A DNA stretch of 64,000 nucleotides from NCBI GenBank assembly GCA_002633005.1, contig NMRA01000302.1, positions 336,704 through 400,703 of the forward strand, read 5' to 3'. This document shows positions 12,084 through 27,000 of the stretch, in pieces. Source of the DNA: Phoronis australis. Its lineage: Eukaryota; Animalia; Phoronida. The translations under genes were made by a program, and so were the position numbers. Below the pieces are notes generated by a model, which searched no databases, was not told the origin of the DNA, and saw only the letters and a list, made by a program, of their open reading frames with translations. Each line of letters starts with the position of its first letter. Position 1 is the stretch's first letter.

Positions 12084-15000
12084 CTGAAAACATTTGAACA
12101 AGACTTGTGTTTCAAAAAATGGTGAAAATGAATGTTGCACTTGTAGATGAGCACTAAATGTCCTTTGTTACGTAATAGTCAAGTTAGTGCGAACCATGTT
12201 TGTGCTAAAAACGCCAGGGGCCCGTTCCAAGAGACTGACTTAAGTTCATTTTTGACTTAAGTCTAAGATTTGGCTCAACTTCCAAACTTTGAAACTTCTC
12301 CACCCACTAAGATAGTCAAAATTAAGAGAAAACTAAAGTTAAAAAATTAAGTCAAACTTATGATCTCTTTCTTGAAACAGATTTGAGATAATTTGAAGTT
12401 TTGTTTTGAAATTGACGGAAATTTAAGATTTGTCTTAGCTAAATCATTTTTCTTGGAACAGGCCCCAGCTCTTGATTTGTACAGCTTCTCGTTGTAAAGG
12501 TAGTCCAAGTCAGGCCGCTAATCATATTGAGTTCTGAGCTCTGTCGGGAAGCAATAACGGTTCCCTTTTTGGTTTTGGCCATTGGTCGACCGTCGACTGC
12601 AGTATTGCCACTACATCAGGAACACGAGGCTATATCCGAAATAATGGCTTTTTCGCGGCCTCTTTTTACCCAAGTGCTTAGCATGTATTATTGGTGCGTC
12701 TGCCTACGTTTCGCATATAAGTCCAGGTGATGTCCCTTCTACAGGTCCATACATTAATTCGCATATAGGCGCAGACGTTTTCTATTTAATAAATTGACTT
12801 GCTTTTCATGAACAACTTTGGCTCATGGACTTATATCCGAAATGATGACCACCTAGTTTTGCCCAAGTAGTTCAGATATTGGCGCGTGCGCCAAAGTTCG
12901 CATATTAGCACAGTTCCGCACAGACCCCCATGGACCTGATGACGCGGCAATACAATAAACCGATTCGCTGAGCCAAGTTGATGTCAATTCAGCTACGTCT
13001 TGAGCTTAGCCCAGGGCGTGATAGCGCGACGAACTCTGATCTGAAAGCTCGTGCGTGCACTACCTGGCAAATGCAGTTGTTCTGTTGAGCAGTACAACTA
13101 ACGTCCATTGCGACAACCCACTCAATTAAATTATGACACATTTGGGTGGTTCAATTTTCAATATGTGAACGTAAGTACATGTAGGACATCCGGCGTCACT
13201 GTTTGATTGAAGTACAACTTGAAATATCCAAAACAAAAACTGAAAACACGATTTTTGTTCAAAATTCCAATGGCAAAATGTAAATTGTACATTGAAAATG
13301 TGTGACTTGCTCAAAATCCCGTTTTGTGGGGATGCACATACAATTACTTAAAGATACGTTTGCCTAAGTTATAGCTGAATAAAATGCGTCAAATCCCGGT
13401 CTTATGTTGCAACAAAACAACTTACCACCGAGCTTGAAATTGTTTGAGGTCACTGTATTCGATACGAATCCCATGGTGTCATCTGGTACCGTCACTTTGC
13501 AACTGTTACAAATGGAAGATAGCTTTAACGACAGTCTATTCTATTGGTATCACAAAGTATGGTACAAAGTTAGTAGGGAACCAGGGGTAGGGAAAGAAAT
13601 ATGTGTTTGAATTGATTCCAAATAATGAGATTTATGGCACTTTGACATAAATTCTATTGTTTGGGAAAATAACATTCTACAGCCGTTCATGCTTCATGTC
13701 CATAATCCTAGTTACATGTAGTTCCTACCAAGTCCGATGGTAACGCTGTGTGTTCTTTCTCTTCAGCTTCCTGTTGGCCCAGCCAAAAGCAACAGTACGT
13801 TCACTTGTAAGTTATCCTAATTTGATACCTAGTAGACTCCTTCCTGTTCGGCGTTAATTGTCCTGGACAAAAGTTACTTCACGCATTTATTACTTTTAGC
13901 CACAGATGGCTTTTCTAACGGCCGATTTCTTTGGATTCTAATGCCCCTCAAACCCAAACCAATCCCCTCAGTCCCCAATAACGCTTCCTCACTTGGCCCT
14001 GGTTCCAAACAACCACTCCCCTGGGTATAAGTGGGATATCATGCGTCTGGTTTTGGAGGAGACCCAGCGGCGAGGTAGAAAGGTTATCAATGGGTCGGAT
14101 AGGCAAGGGACCTGCCATGCTGCCAAGGTTGAGTTTGTCCCACGCCTGTTGGGATGGGTGAGTTGCCGATATCAAATTTCTTGTTGTGGTGTAGCTTTTC
14201 GTGTCCGTGTATTGTAACCTAAAGCTATTTTAAGCCTTAACAAGGAGTGAAGCATAGTTAGGGTCCGGGTACCCATGTAGAATGCGTTAGTGTCAGCGGT
14301 TGACAAGTGTGTGACCCAGGCTCCAGAGGTACTGGTGGCCCGGGTTCGAAACAGGCCTCGGTTTCCCGCCAAAGTGTTATCTCACTAGTGAGATAACTTT
14401 ATGGGTTATTACACACTTGTATCTGCCATTCGAGGCTAATATTGTGGCATAAAATAAAGAAACAATAAAAATATACAAAACAATAAAAACTAACCTGTGA
14501 AATGAAAAAACTGATAATGATAAATCAAAAATTAGCAAAACGTACATTGTATTTAAACGACATTTGACACGATTCGTGGCGATTGGTACCACATGACAGG
14601 ATTGTTCATCCATGAACAGCCCTGCCCACCACGTTCCTTACAATGTCTCTTTTTATCTCTCTGGCTGGTCTGCTCACTCAGCTTGTCCAGAACTTGCTTT
14701 GAAGTTTGTTATAGCCCAGTTGGCTGTTTGGTGTACCCACTTGGTACTTTATATATTTGCACATTTGGCATTTTGTACCCACTTGGTACTTGTTATTGAA
14801 TTTGCCGTTTTGCTCGACCCACTTGGCAGGCAATCGGCCAATACCCATTTTGGATTGTGTACCCATTTGGTACTATGCTAACCTGTGCCACTTAGTATCC
14901 CATACTCAATTACACATTGGGTATCGGAAATGTGTGTGTTATCTCTTGTAATTAAGAAACCCATCTGGTTCCTTCTGTGAAATATTCAATTGTAAAGCTG

Positions 15001-18000
15001 TGACCCTGAAATTCCAAATACAATCTAAAATATATGTTATTCTTGTTGTTTTATTTGTCCCCAATAAAGTACCACTAATGCAGTGCGGCCATATCCAAGA
15101 GCAACTAAATGATTTCACTGGCAGTAAAAGGAACAACATCAGAGGCAGTGAACAACACTTTCAGTGATTTAACACGAGGATCAAACACAAACATTTACAC
15201 CAGAGTCGCGTAATAGTAAAAGTCAGTTAAGGATAACTCTAACCACAAAACATTTTCCGTTTTTACAATATTTTAAATATGTCCAGCAAAATACTTTTTC
15301 ATCTTCATTCTCGGGGAACTTCAAATACGAAATATATACATGTACCTTGTACAGAGAAACAATATTCTGCAGATTTTAAAAAACGCTGTGAGGATTTTCA
15401 ATATGAAGGCCTAGTTTTTGGGTAATGTAACAAAGACGTATACGACTGCTATTTTACAGCAATATCTTACGTTTTGCGAGTTGATTTGTCATAGAAACCA
15501 ATTTAAAAGACCAATCAAGAAACTGGTGAAACTTTTGTTTGAAAGAGATTTCATAAAACTCCACCGACTGGTCATTTTGCTATGAATGTTCCCCACTAAA
15601 AAAGAAATTGTGACTCAAATAAGATGTTGATGTAATAGCAATAAGATTATAAATACTTTGACTAGTTGACGATGCCTGTTATTCTGATGAGCAAGTTAGA
15701 ATGGAGGCCACTAAATAAGGTTTTATATAATCTTACAAAGAAATTTACAAGGTCCCCATCAATCTAAACAACAATATTCTCTAAATTGTTGTTTATATTT
15801 ATTATTATAAATGCCGTATTCTTAACATTAACCGAATTTCCCCTCGCTATGCGCAGTTACTTACATATTTAAGTGCCGCGGTGTTGTAACGCCATGTTGT
15901 AACCGAAAATACAAACACCCCCATTTTTGTTTGTTATACATCTGTGACGTAGTGTAGAAAAAGAATAAATATAGCATCAGATGAGCATAGAAGTATGGAT
16001 GAAGAGTAGTTTGAACGGTACAGGGATGATTAAGCGGACTATTCGTATGATTCCGACCGTTCAAATATCGAGGAGGAGACGAGAGACTCAATAAGAACGA
16101 TTACTGTTCACAGACAGCTGTTCTTCCTCGACCCCCGGCCCTTTCAGCCCCAGCTGGTTTGTCGAGTGGGGCGGACCTACTTAGGCAGAGGGTACGCAAG
16201 AGTTACGACAGGACGTTAGTGACTGATAAGAATATTGTTTAGCAGGTGGAGTAGGTTTAAAAAAATATTTTGGTGTTTAATATATAGGCGGCCCTTCAGT
16301 GACAACACTGCTATTCATAAGGGTTCGCCCGATCGGTATTGTCTGTTTTGATTAGTGGTAAGTGGGTGCCGATAGGGTTCAGGTTGGAAGTACAGGCCTC
16401 ACGACTTGTGACCAAAAAGTCGTAATGTTCTAAAACCACTCGACCCCACACCCAACAATCCCCTGAATCCACGAACCCTTTTACCGGCCCACTACCCCCA
16501 CAACCCCCCTTGACCCACGACCTGCGGCCACTTCCTACACGCAGATCAGCTCTGGCTCTAGTCTGGTGGTTCAAAACAGAGAGTGACGAAAGAGCATGAT
16601 CTGATACAGCGGACTATGAGCGTGCTATCGTTGTCATGGAAATAATCCACGAGCGCCTACAAATGGCTCCGCTCTACTAAATTTAGGGAGAGAGTACATT
16701 ATCCTGAATGCACATATGTTTATATTTCCAGGTGAATTATTTCTAAGTGTCCGACGAAATTTTAATCTTTTGAATGGTTCATTGTTTTACCTTGCATATA
16801 TACTGAATTTTTTATAATTTTAATATGGAATAAAACTTAACTAGTTATTTCACATCACAGATAACCGGCGCGGGTACACTTGGCATATATATAACCTCAT
16901 ATACATATAACAACAATCCAAAGCGCATGGCAACAAGATATGGCCGCGATGCAAATATGGGATAAATAGGTTATCCTACAAACATAGCAATACTGCTGCG
17001 ACATAACAGTATCTCGAACTCATTTCATCTTGTAATGTCCTAACAAGATCGAATATGAAATGAATTTTGGAGTAGTATGTACGTGGAATAAGCTATGCAT
17101 CATGGCGAATGTTCTCGAAGCACAGTTTCCTCAAAGGTACCTTAACTTGTCTTTCGATGTAAACTTGCTCATAACTAATAAATCAGCTTTCCCTGTAATT
17201 CGTCCAGTGCTCGGGTCATAGGATAGCCTCGTTGTTAGCTGAAATTTCCGGGATTGCGTGGGTCCCACTTTAGTGAATGTGATCATGACCATCCGTAAAG
17301 CTGGAAAATATAAGACATTTGTTGGTGCAATACAAATCAGAAGGTTACTTTTTGGTAGCCGCGTTGACATCGGTGAAAGCTTACAAAAGTCTTTTAAGCA
17401 TAAATTACGTATTCCTAAAGCAGTCGTTGTTTGGATACGTTAGAAAGACGACTCATAAGTATTGCCATTTCAACAGTAGTTGGGAGATACGCAGTAGGAA
17501 GACAAAGTTTAAAGTTTGCCATATCGTAAGCTTTTAACTCCATGAAACTGGATATAACAGAAGACAAAGTTCAAGTCATTGTTGCTTGACCTTTCTCATG
17601 ACCAGATTGATCAGTCACTGCTCGGTACTCCGACACATTGCAGTGTTTGTTGAAAAGCAGATTAAACCATCACTTATATTTGGCGTGGACACAGATTTGC
17701 TACTGAGACAAGTACGAGACAAATTACTTTGTTATTTAGATTGTTACGAGTGATGAAGGGTGTTCAGAGAAAATGATATGAGTTAAATTCGTCACGGTTT
17801 TGAAGCACATTGATTGCATTAAATTTATTTATTTTCCACCTGATTTGTGGTTAAAATATTTGTACTCTCTCAACAGGATAGCGTTCAATAACGCTGATAC
17901 CGCACAAAAAAGCAAGTTCTCGCGAGATTCCGCGAGATATTGCCCTGTATTTTAAATGAGACTATTTGTTTTTGTCTAAATTTTTCTCGACGCGAGACAG

Positions 18001-21000
18001 TTATTGAACTCTATCCAAGTCGTGGGAATAAATGGAATACCACAATTCTCTTCCCTGTGATGCGCACGTATATTCGTAAATAGGTCAACAGTATTGTTCA
18101 GTATGGCGGAAAATACCTTCCTCTGTCGAGACAAATCCGATCAGAGCGCTACATGAAATGGGGACCGTCGATCCGTATTCCAATGTTTTGCCGTTGATGC
18201 CGTCGAGTTGCATTCTTTTCGGTGCCACTGCAATGTAACAATATCGTGTTTAGCGATAAGTGTTACAGCCGGAATTGGCTATAGCTAATCTATGGGGATT
18301 AGCTCCCTGAAGCAATGTACATGTAAGCTTAGCATATCCTTGCAACAATATCTTAGACGAACTTGACAAATTATATGAATTTAACTACACAATTTTGAAC
18401 TCATGAGAAACCAACATTTAACCACACGCTCAAACATACGAAAACCAGTTTTCAAAGCTAACAGAGAGCAATGCAAGAATCTGGTGTCTTCATTTCTTAG
18501 CTCTTCCAAACTCTTGATATATAGGACGTACGACTTGGACAATTGCAATTTGCCGATAGTTTTCAATCAATGCAAGATGACTAGATTTGCCCTGACGTTA
18601 TCTAATCGGTTGTGTGATGGTGTGACTTAATTCTGTTGGAAGCGAAAGTCGTCTTTCTTTGATTGCTTATTCAAAATGTGCTCAAGTAAAGTGTCTTTGA
18701 ATTTTTATTATGTTTGCAGCCTAATCTAGGCTCGCACTTGATGGCTCTCAACCTAAATTTACAAATTCAAAATGAAGTCGAAATTTTGAAGTATGACCTT
18801 AACTTTATCAAGTGCAGACTAGTTCTCATGTGTACAGGCCACAACATGCTAATCCAAAGAAAAGACATCGTCAGTTCATGCTAAAGTAAAAAAAATCTGG
18901 AGAGATTCGAGTTCGCCTTCAAGCTTGGAAGTTTTGCAAAAAAGTAGGAATTTTTGAAAAAAACTGCTACACGTGACTTTTCCTGAGTGAGATGGGGCGC
19001 ATCAACTGTTCGATAACGACATTATCAGATTATAGTCTAAAAGCTAGTCCTCGGACTGGAGTTAGAACTAAAAAATTATGATTATAGACCGCCTGGACTT
19101 GTGATACAGTGCATTGAGAGTGACGTACATGTAGATAACTAACCAATCCAGGGTCGTATTTCGCGACTCCAACATCACAGCTACGAATTTCTTTGAACGT
19201 AATTGTCGAGCTTCAAAACAAGCGAGTAAAATTTGACAATAATGCGGAATTTTTGATAACTGACAAATTCTGACGGCAACTGAATTCCAGGGGATCGGGC
19301 AACTTCACCTTAAATGCGCTAAGTTCACCCTTGCGGAAACGATTTTAAGAGGTACAAAACACTAACTACAGAGACATTTAGAAGTTGATGGCAATGGGGG
19401 GAGCAATGCGTGAATTTCGAGACTTTCTTATCTTACAGCTACATGTCAAATAAAATTGAGGTCGATTTTTAATGTCTCAAAAGCTAGTCTCATAGCTTGT
19501 ATCTACTGTGCGCGGGCAGTCAAGCCCTTACTTCACTAATCCGCAACTGCAAAACCATGCTGCACGTCTTCCGTTCATTCGTGAAGCGGATACAAAGCAA
19601 CTTTTGATCAAGACCGCTTACTGTTATGGAATTGGTCTCGGATTGTTTCTTATACAAATTGCAATCAATTTTTGTCCTTCGAAACAACTTCGTTTTTGAT
19701 GCAATTCAGGCCCTACAAGTAGGCCTGTCAACGCTCGTCTCTTTTTTACGCGTCGAGTATCATCGCAAGCGATTCCCTTGCCACCTGGGCAGGATTAAGT
19801 TGAGACCAATGCTATTTCATTGGGTGATCTACAGTAGATCGAACTTCGCCTCTTGCCGGAACTTATCAAATTTTGAATGGTTTTCGCGTTCGATATAAGA
19901 AATTGAATTTAAGGCCCTGGTTGCTTTCTTCAAGAACTCACAAAAACGTCCGTTCTTGCCAACAGGGGGCGGTGGGTTCTTGGTGCGTTCCGGTGGAGAA
20001 TGTGGAGGTTTTGTTGTTTTGAGTGTCTCGATTACACCCTGGCGAACACCACACAAGTTTGAGCGCAATTTGAATCCGTAGCCTCCCTTTAAGTGTTCCT
20101 CGGCTACACATCTAAATGGAAAAATATTTCAATGATGAAAAAGTTGACAAAAAACGACCCTAAAAATTTGATCAGTAAAGAAGAAAAATAGTAAATCTGT
20201 GACAAACAAAATGAAGAGCAAGTTGTTAGTTCCGGGCATTCTTGACAGCGGGGAAGCCGTGGTAAAATATGCAGGAACAGATATTCATTGTATCTGCTCT
20301 CTTGATTAAAACACGACTGCACTCAGATAGCTTCACAACGCTTGTTCGCATTCTTAGAACAGTTTGCAATCATCAGGGTTGGGTTGCATAAAACTTTAAA
20401 ACGATGCGCTGGATAAGTTTGATTGTTGCTATTCGGCGTATAACTTTCATGCAAGTGGGCCCAGGTGTACAGTTACAAAGTAAATAGAGAATCCTACACA
20501 AGTCTTATGTTATGACATGGGCAAAACCTCTTGGAAATCCCGAAGCTTTCCGAGGGACTTTGACGAAATTTCCAACAGATTTTGCCTATGTCATAACCTG
20601 AGACGAGTGTAGGATTTGTTTTCTCACATGAACCGTAAAAACAATATCTTTTGCTGAAAAACTCGACGTGTCTAAAACTTTCAATCACCAACTTTTGTAA
20701 AAACACGCTTACGCAATGTAAAGTGACTCAGTTACTTTTTGTTAATATTTTTAGTTTAAGCTTAACATTTGTAAATTGCATTCAGCTTTAGTAGCAAGTA
20801 TACTAAAGTTAGAATCTAATAAATAATCTTTAAAGTCGTAATATTAAAACTTAAAAGATATTTATAAATAACAATCGGGAAGGCTTGCTCGTGCGTGAAC
20901 ACTGCATTAACCTTAAAACTGCACAGCTACAACCGATTTCATAAGGGTGGTTTTAAAGTTAAACCTGGTTTAAACTGGATAACCCGCACTTCATGAAGGA

Positions 21001-24000
21001 GGTTTAACTCTTAGAGCAGTGGTCTAGTAAAACGTGGTTTAATTCCAGGTTAGACCTGATCTAAGTCAGTTTTCATTTCACCATTTCACCTGTATTATGA
21101 ATTTAAACCAAGTTTAACTTTAGACTTGGTCAGACCCAGGTTTAATACAGTTAAATATGTCAGACATGTACGGTATAGATGCAACTGAAGGATTCTACGA
21201 CGTCCATTTACGACGCAGTTTAAGAGAATGGAGTATTTTCAATTTTCAGTATTACAGCACAAGATTAATAAAATAAACGTAGTAGGTGCGTATCCAGGAT
21301 TTTTAAGGGAGGGGGATCGGATCAAGGATTTTTTTAAAAGGTGGTCCAAGTCAACAACTTGAAAGTTATAAATTTGATATCACTAAAATCAAGGGAAAAG
21401 GGGGTCCGGATCCCTTGATCCACTGGACCTGTACATGTTGCAGGGTTTACTTTGGACTCCTCAGAATACGACTGTTGGATCAGCGCCTGATCGCCGCAAG
21501 CGCTAAGGGTCTGACTGAAGACGGCATCTTCTGATTCTTATGTGTGAGTACTACTCCAATAATGGTCCCCAATTTTAGGTTGCAGGCAGGGGTCCTGCCT
21601 CCCCTCCCTTGGCCGCAAAACAGCACTAAAATGAGACGAAAATGAATTTTCTCAATTATGTTGCGGTTAATCGTGAGCATGTACTTTAATGCGTGTGCGT
21701 GTGGTGGGCACAGACATTACAAAATTAAAAATGTCCCCTCATGATACCCTATATCTGACATTGTGTCCCTGAGGCGGATCCAGGATTTTGAGTTAGTGGG
21801 GGAGGCAGGGCAGAGTAATAGCCAGAGTTTTACCCGTCAGACATTTGCACCTCCAAGCTGTCAAATGGAATATGGGATAATTTCAGAGGGGCATGGCTTA
21901 AATGCCCCTCCCCCGTAAATTCGCCACTGGGACCGTCACCGTTTTTCTTTGAAATTTTATTAATGATGAAACTTTCTTCCTTGCCTTGATTTTTCAGTGA
22001 TACCCTTTAACTGTTTGTCGCTGCATTTATCCGATTTTGGTAACTGCAGCCAGTCTGGACCAATATCTCTCTAAGTCGGCTGCTTAGGTTGACTTGATTT
22101 GGCACTAGTCTTCTTGTTCCAGGAGGGAACATTTTTAGACATTTTTCGGAAATGTCTACTACTGTGTGTCATTGTATACTTATGTGATCAAGGTTTCTTT
22201 GAAGCACTTCAATAGTTTCTTTGTTGGGTTAATCCAGGTCGACACAGTAGGGTGGTTTGGATACTTTAAACCTGGTTTTACTAAACCTGCTCTCTGGTCT
22301 AATAAAACCAGGCTCTCAGACTTTTAAAATAGGCTGGTGAAATGCAAGTTAGGTTTCAAATAAGACTGGGTTTAGGAAGACCAGGTTTAAGACTTGAACT
22401 TGGTTTTGTTAAATCACCTTTATGAAATCGGCTGCTAGAGTCTAGCCGCGTTTCTTGAGGTGGGGCTCGTCTCCGTTTGAATGAACGTGCATATGGAATT
22501 CGCTGTCGAAGATGGATCCGTTTAAGAACTTGTTTGCATGTCTTTCCATCTGGGAGTACGTACAGTTGCGTCACCCAATTTGTCAATCATAACCTTGTCA
22601 CCTTTACAAAATTCCGATGGTTTGGTTGGCGCGCGTTTGATTGTTTTAGTGTTTTGCAGACGATAAACTGCATGACGTATGGATTTCTTCTTTACAGTAC
22701 TTTGTGATTTGCTCATGTCATATCAAATACTTACTATACTCTATCACAATGCTACAAAAGGTAGCACTGTGGTGTTGTTTATCATGGCTTCTCATTGGTT
22801 AAAGTGATGAAACCGACGTCATAACTTTCAGTCATTCCCATTGGTTGAAATACGGGAAACCCTTTCAGTTTACTGTACCGTAGTATGGCGATCACCTTTG
22901 ACTTGAATAGTTGCAATTTATTAAAACGGGCAGTGATCGAAGTAAACAAAATCAAGGAAACCCCGATTCCGTGGCTAAGCCCAAGCAAGTACAATGTATT
23001 GAAGGCGTGTGCAAGTGGTGGCGACGTGATCCATAAACTTCCGACCAAGCATGCGCATTGATGCCCACACACGGAATTCAGTGTGTCGTTCATCATGTTT
23101 CCACAAGGCCACTTTCCATTATAGGTGGTGCTGTGTCAGAGGGTAGTGCTATATCAGCAGACACACAAAAGAACTCGTGCGCTGGCTTAAAGTCCTTCTC
23201 TCACGCGTTGTTAACCCTTATTGCATGGTTAGAAGATGTTATAAGGATCCAAGAAGTACCTACCCCATAACTAATACACGATCCGTACTCGAAAACAGTT
23301 TAAATGAACGTGCCACTCACGATTCGCACCCGAAGAAACACCGCTTTTTTGAACTTGCCGCGAACCCGGAGGTACAATTCATTCAGGAACCCAGGCCGAG
23401 AAAACGCCGCCAGTGCGACTGGAGCAGTGCCTGTACTGTTACCAGCCAGCAAACGGGGATAAAAAAAAATCGACAGCGCGCCTTAATTTTGATAAAATCA
23501 AACTACGGACAATTTTATGGAATTTGCTGAAGAAATGTGGCGAATAAATTTTGACAGAAATTATTTTGCCAGACTCGGGACCGCAGCCTATCGGACCCGG
23601 TGCGGATCGAGACCAGACACTGGCGAACGGTAAATGCATGCGGTTGCAAGCTGTTTTGTCGAAGTAAAATGGTCAAATGATAAATGCTGCATATATTCAA
23701 GGGTAGTTTCAGACACTTGCATGAAATTACGGGCTGGTTAGTCCTGTGTCACACTGCCGCGGCAGACCTTAGTTAGCCTCAGTCACCAGCTACCAGTGAA
23801 GACTATAGTCAAAATACAGCTTGTTAGTAGGCCTAGACAGCCTCCCGTTCAGTAGCGCTAGGACCTCGCTAAGAAGCAAGACTTCGCGAGATTACGTGAG
23901 ATATTGCCGTGTATTTTAAATGAGAACATGTGACTTTGACTAGGATTTTGCAAGGTCCTAGCGTAGGTCCTAGCGTCTACTGAACGCACGCCAGCTTTGC

Positions 24001-27000
24001 GCCAAGACTACCCTTAGGCCTAACTGGTCGCTGGCCACAAACACAAAAAACACGAAAATTGAACAAAGTTTCTTTTTTGTAGCAACGTTTGTCAAAATGT
24101 ATCAACGTTAAATCTTCACAAATTACAAAGTAGCCGATTGAACATGCCTTTCAGTTCAGCAAAAGTCGACATTGTAGGTGCCGCCAGAAATGAGACGAAG
24201 TCCAACGGGAATTGTGAGCACATTTATCACTTAATGAGTAACAACTGCGAGGCTGAAATTTGGTGAACACTGCTAAATCGTGCAGAATAGTAAGTAAAGA
24301 TATGTCTAACTAAATTTCACCGTAATTTGTTGGCGAAAACAATTTACACAAAGTTTTAAACTCGTAACTCATCCCGCTGTCCTCCAATATGGCCGACGCG
24401 ATCCAAACAAAGTGACCCAAATTTCGCCACAAAACTTGCAATAACTTTACAGTGCTTGCCCCGATTTTGATATTTTTTCGATTTTTACTGAGTAGAATGT
24501 ACTACTTTTCCGATGATAGCAAAGTACTTTTTCAAAACGAGGACAAAATAAAGCCGAAAAAAATTGGTTCGACCCATATTGGTTCCTAGGTTCGAACCGC
24601 CTACGTAAGGAACTAACCACCAATGCTATTTTAACATACTAAGTACGCGTAACATTCCAAAAAAAATCAACGACCACTAACTACAAACTATAAATACACT
24701 ACATATGCAAACGAATCACGATATATTACTAATAAAACAAAAAATAATGAAGACTTTTCGAGCAAGCCATAGCACATTCAGTTACAAGGAAAAAATGGCG
24801 GCGTTCAGGACAAGTTCCTGAACTGATGAGCCGGAAATGTGGGTACGGAAATAACCGATGACAACCGGTAATCATACGCTCAGAGAGAAAGGTCAAATAC
24901 TGTTAAAAAATCGCTTTTGGCAAGAAAGGCAAAAAGAATATATAGAAAGGGTGTCGAAAATAAGAATTTATGTAGTAAGTATTTTCGGATACTGGAACCA
25001 CATGGGCAGTTTGCAAGAAGGACTTTAAAAATGGTCTTGAATGAACCCATCCGGCAAATATACGGACAACCTTCGGGAGAGAGAGTATTCCGTGTGTCTA
25101 ACGCTGCTTGCCAACATTGTTGTGAAAAACAACCACAGTCGGGGAACATTACTCTGACAAGAGTTCTTCTGAAAAAAGTGAAATAGGGAACTTTAGTGTT
25201 TTAAATAAGCTTCCCGATAATTTTGCTATGGAGCTTGAGGCACACATAACACATTAAGAACTCTGGTATAGATTGAAAAGTTCGAAAAATGAAAAAGCCG
25301 CTGGTCAGATGGTTTCACAAATGAACTTTTCAAGTTGTTCTGGACAAATTTAGACTATTTTCTTTAAGTCACATAAACGAAAATTATGAAAAATCGGAAT
25401 GTTAAACACGCAAAAAACGGGGGTTATAATTTCAATTCCGAAGTCAGATAAGGCTAAAAATTCATAAAAATTGGAGACCAATAACTTTGCTCAGCAGTGT
25501 TTACAAGTTGGCATCCGGATTTTTGCTACACGTGTGTAATTTCCCCGGATCAGACGGGATTTATAAAAGGAGATGATGGGTGAAAACAGTAGATTTACAA
25601 ATGAAATTATGAATGTAGTGAACAAATGGTATACAGGGGCTGTTATTACAAGTAGATTTTGAAAAAAGCTTTCGATAGCTTCATAAATAACGTTTTGGAT
25701 ATTGTTAATTTTAAAGCCTCAATTAAGCGTAGGATTAAAACTTTTGTCCGGTGTCATACATTGTTCAAAACGGTTTTCTGTCCAGAAGTTTTACTCTGAA
25801 CAGGGGCTGTAGACAAGCTGACTCTCTTTGTCCACGTGTTTTCATCTCGTGTGCTGAAATACATGTATTATGGTGACGAAACAAGGTATGAAAATTAAAG
25901 GCATTCAAATAAGAAATGATGAATGTATACTTACTCAGTATGTTGATGATACAACGTTTTTCTTAGATGGTTCTCGGCGTAGTTTGGAAGCTACTATGGA
26001 AGTCTTGAGTAAATATGCAGAAATTTCTGGTTTGACTCCAAAACAACTATTATTTGAATGGGCAGTAAAAAATCTATAAAGATGTTTTTCACAATGCAAG
26101 GTGGAAGTTAGAATGGAGCATATCACAATTTAAGATACTAGGTATCAATTTCAGTGGTAACCTAAGAAAATGATTGACATCAACTACATTGAGAGGATTG
26201 ATAAATTCAAATGATGGTGGCAAAATTATTCACATAATGACAACACTGCGTACTCCATCAGGAATTATTATGACTGAATTTAAGGCAAAGAATTTAAGTA
26301 TATTTGGAATAACAAAGGTGAGAGAGTGAAGAGAGATGTATTAAATAATTCTGACGATGATGGGTACAGTGAAAATGATGATCATGATTCTTTAACAAGG
26401 CTATAAAAATTCCATGCCTTTGGATAAAAAGACTACTTACCTTTGAATCAAAAATAGGTGAAGTTATTTGAACTTGAAACAGGCATTGCGAAGTCAAATA
26501 TTACAGTTTTGGAAATGATTATATTAAAACTCATACTGAAGTAACCAATCCTTTTAGAACGAAATTCTAAGTAACTGATCTTTTCTCATATATTAAGATC
26601 CCCGTAATGATGCAAACGGTTTACTCTAAACAGGTTTATGGCATATTGATGAAATGCTAATAGACAAAAAATCTATCTACTTTAGTAAGTACGCTAGTGG
26701 TGATGTTCTTTTTATTAATGACCTACTTGATGAAAATAACAGGTTTTACTTATTTATTGAACATAAAAATATCTCAAAAATACCGGCACACTTTTTGGAA
26801 TATTGATCTCTGATCGAGTTTATTATGTCGTTTCTGAAAAGAACACCATTACAAGTGCACTTCATTAAGATATATTGACCAATAATACCTTTTTATATCC
26901 GTGGCTTAAAGTGCACGTCAGTATGTAAAATGATATATGAAATTATTTGCCAATATAAAATTTTGCCTATTGCCCAAAAAAGATATCAAGAGGAAGCTTT

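Noticed and set aside
11686-12154. ORF-track ORFs of 100-133 aa as standalone genes
   Set aside because: They are shadow frames over gene A exon 9 and its 3' UTR
17131-17133. TGA after ...DKLRYL as selenocysteine in an Ig Y-x-C motif
   Set aside because: Splicing at AG|GT to exon 8 supplies a real Cys at the same intron position as in domain 1; no SECIS was identified
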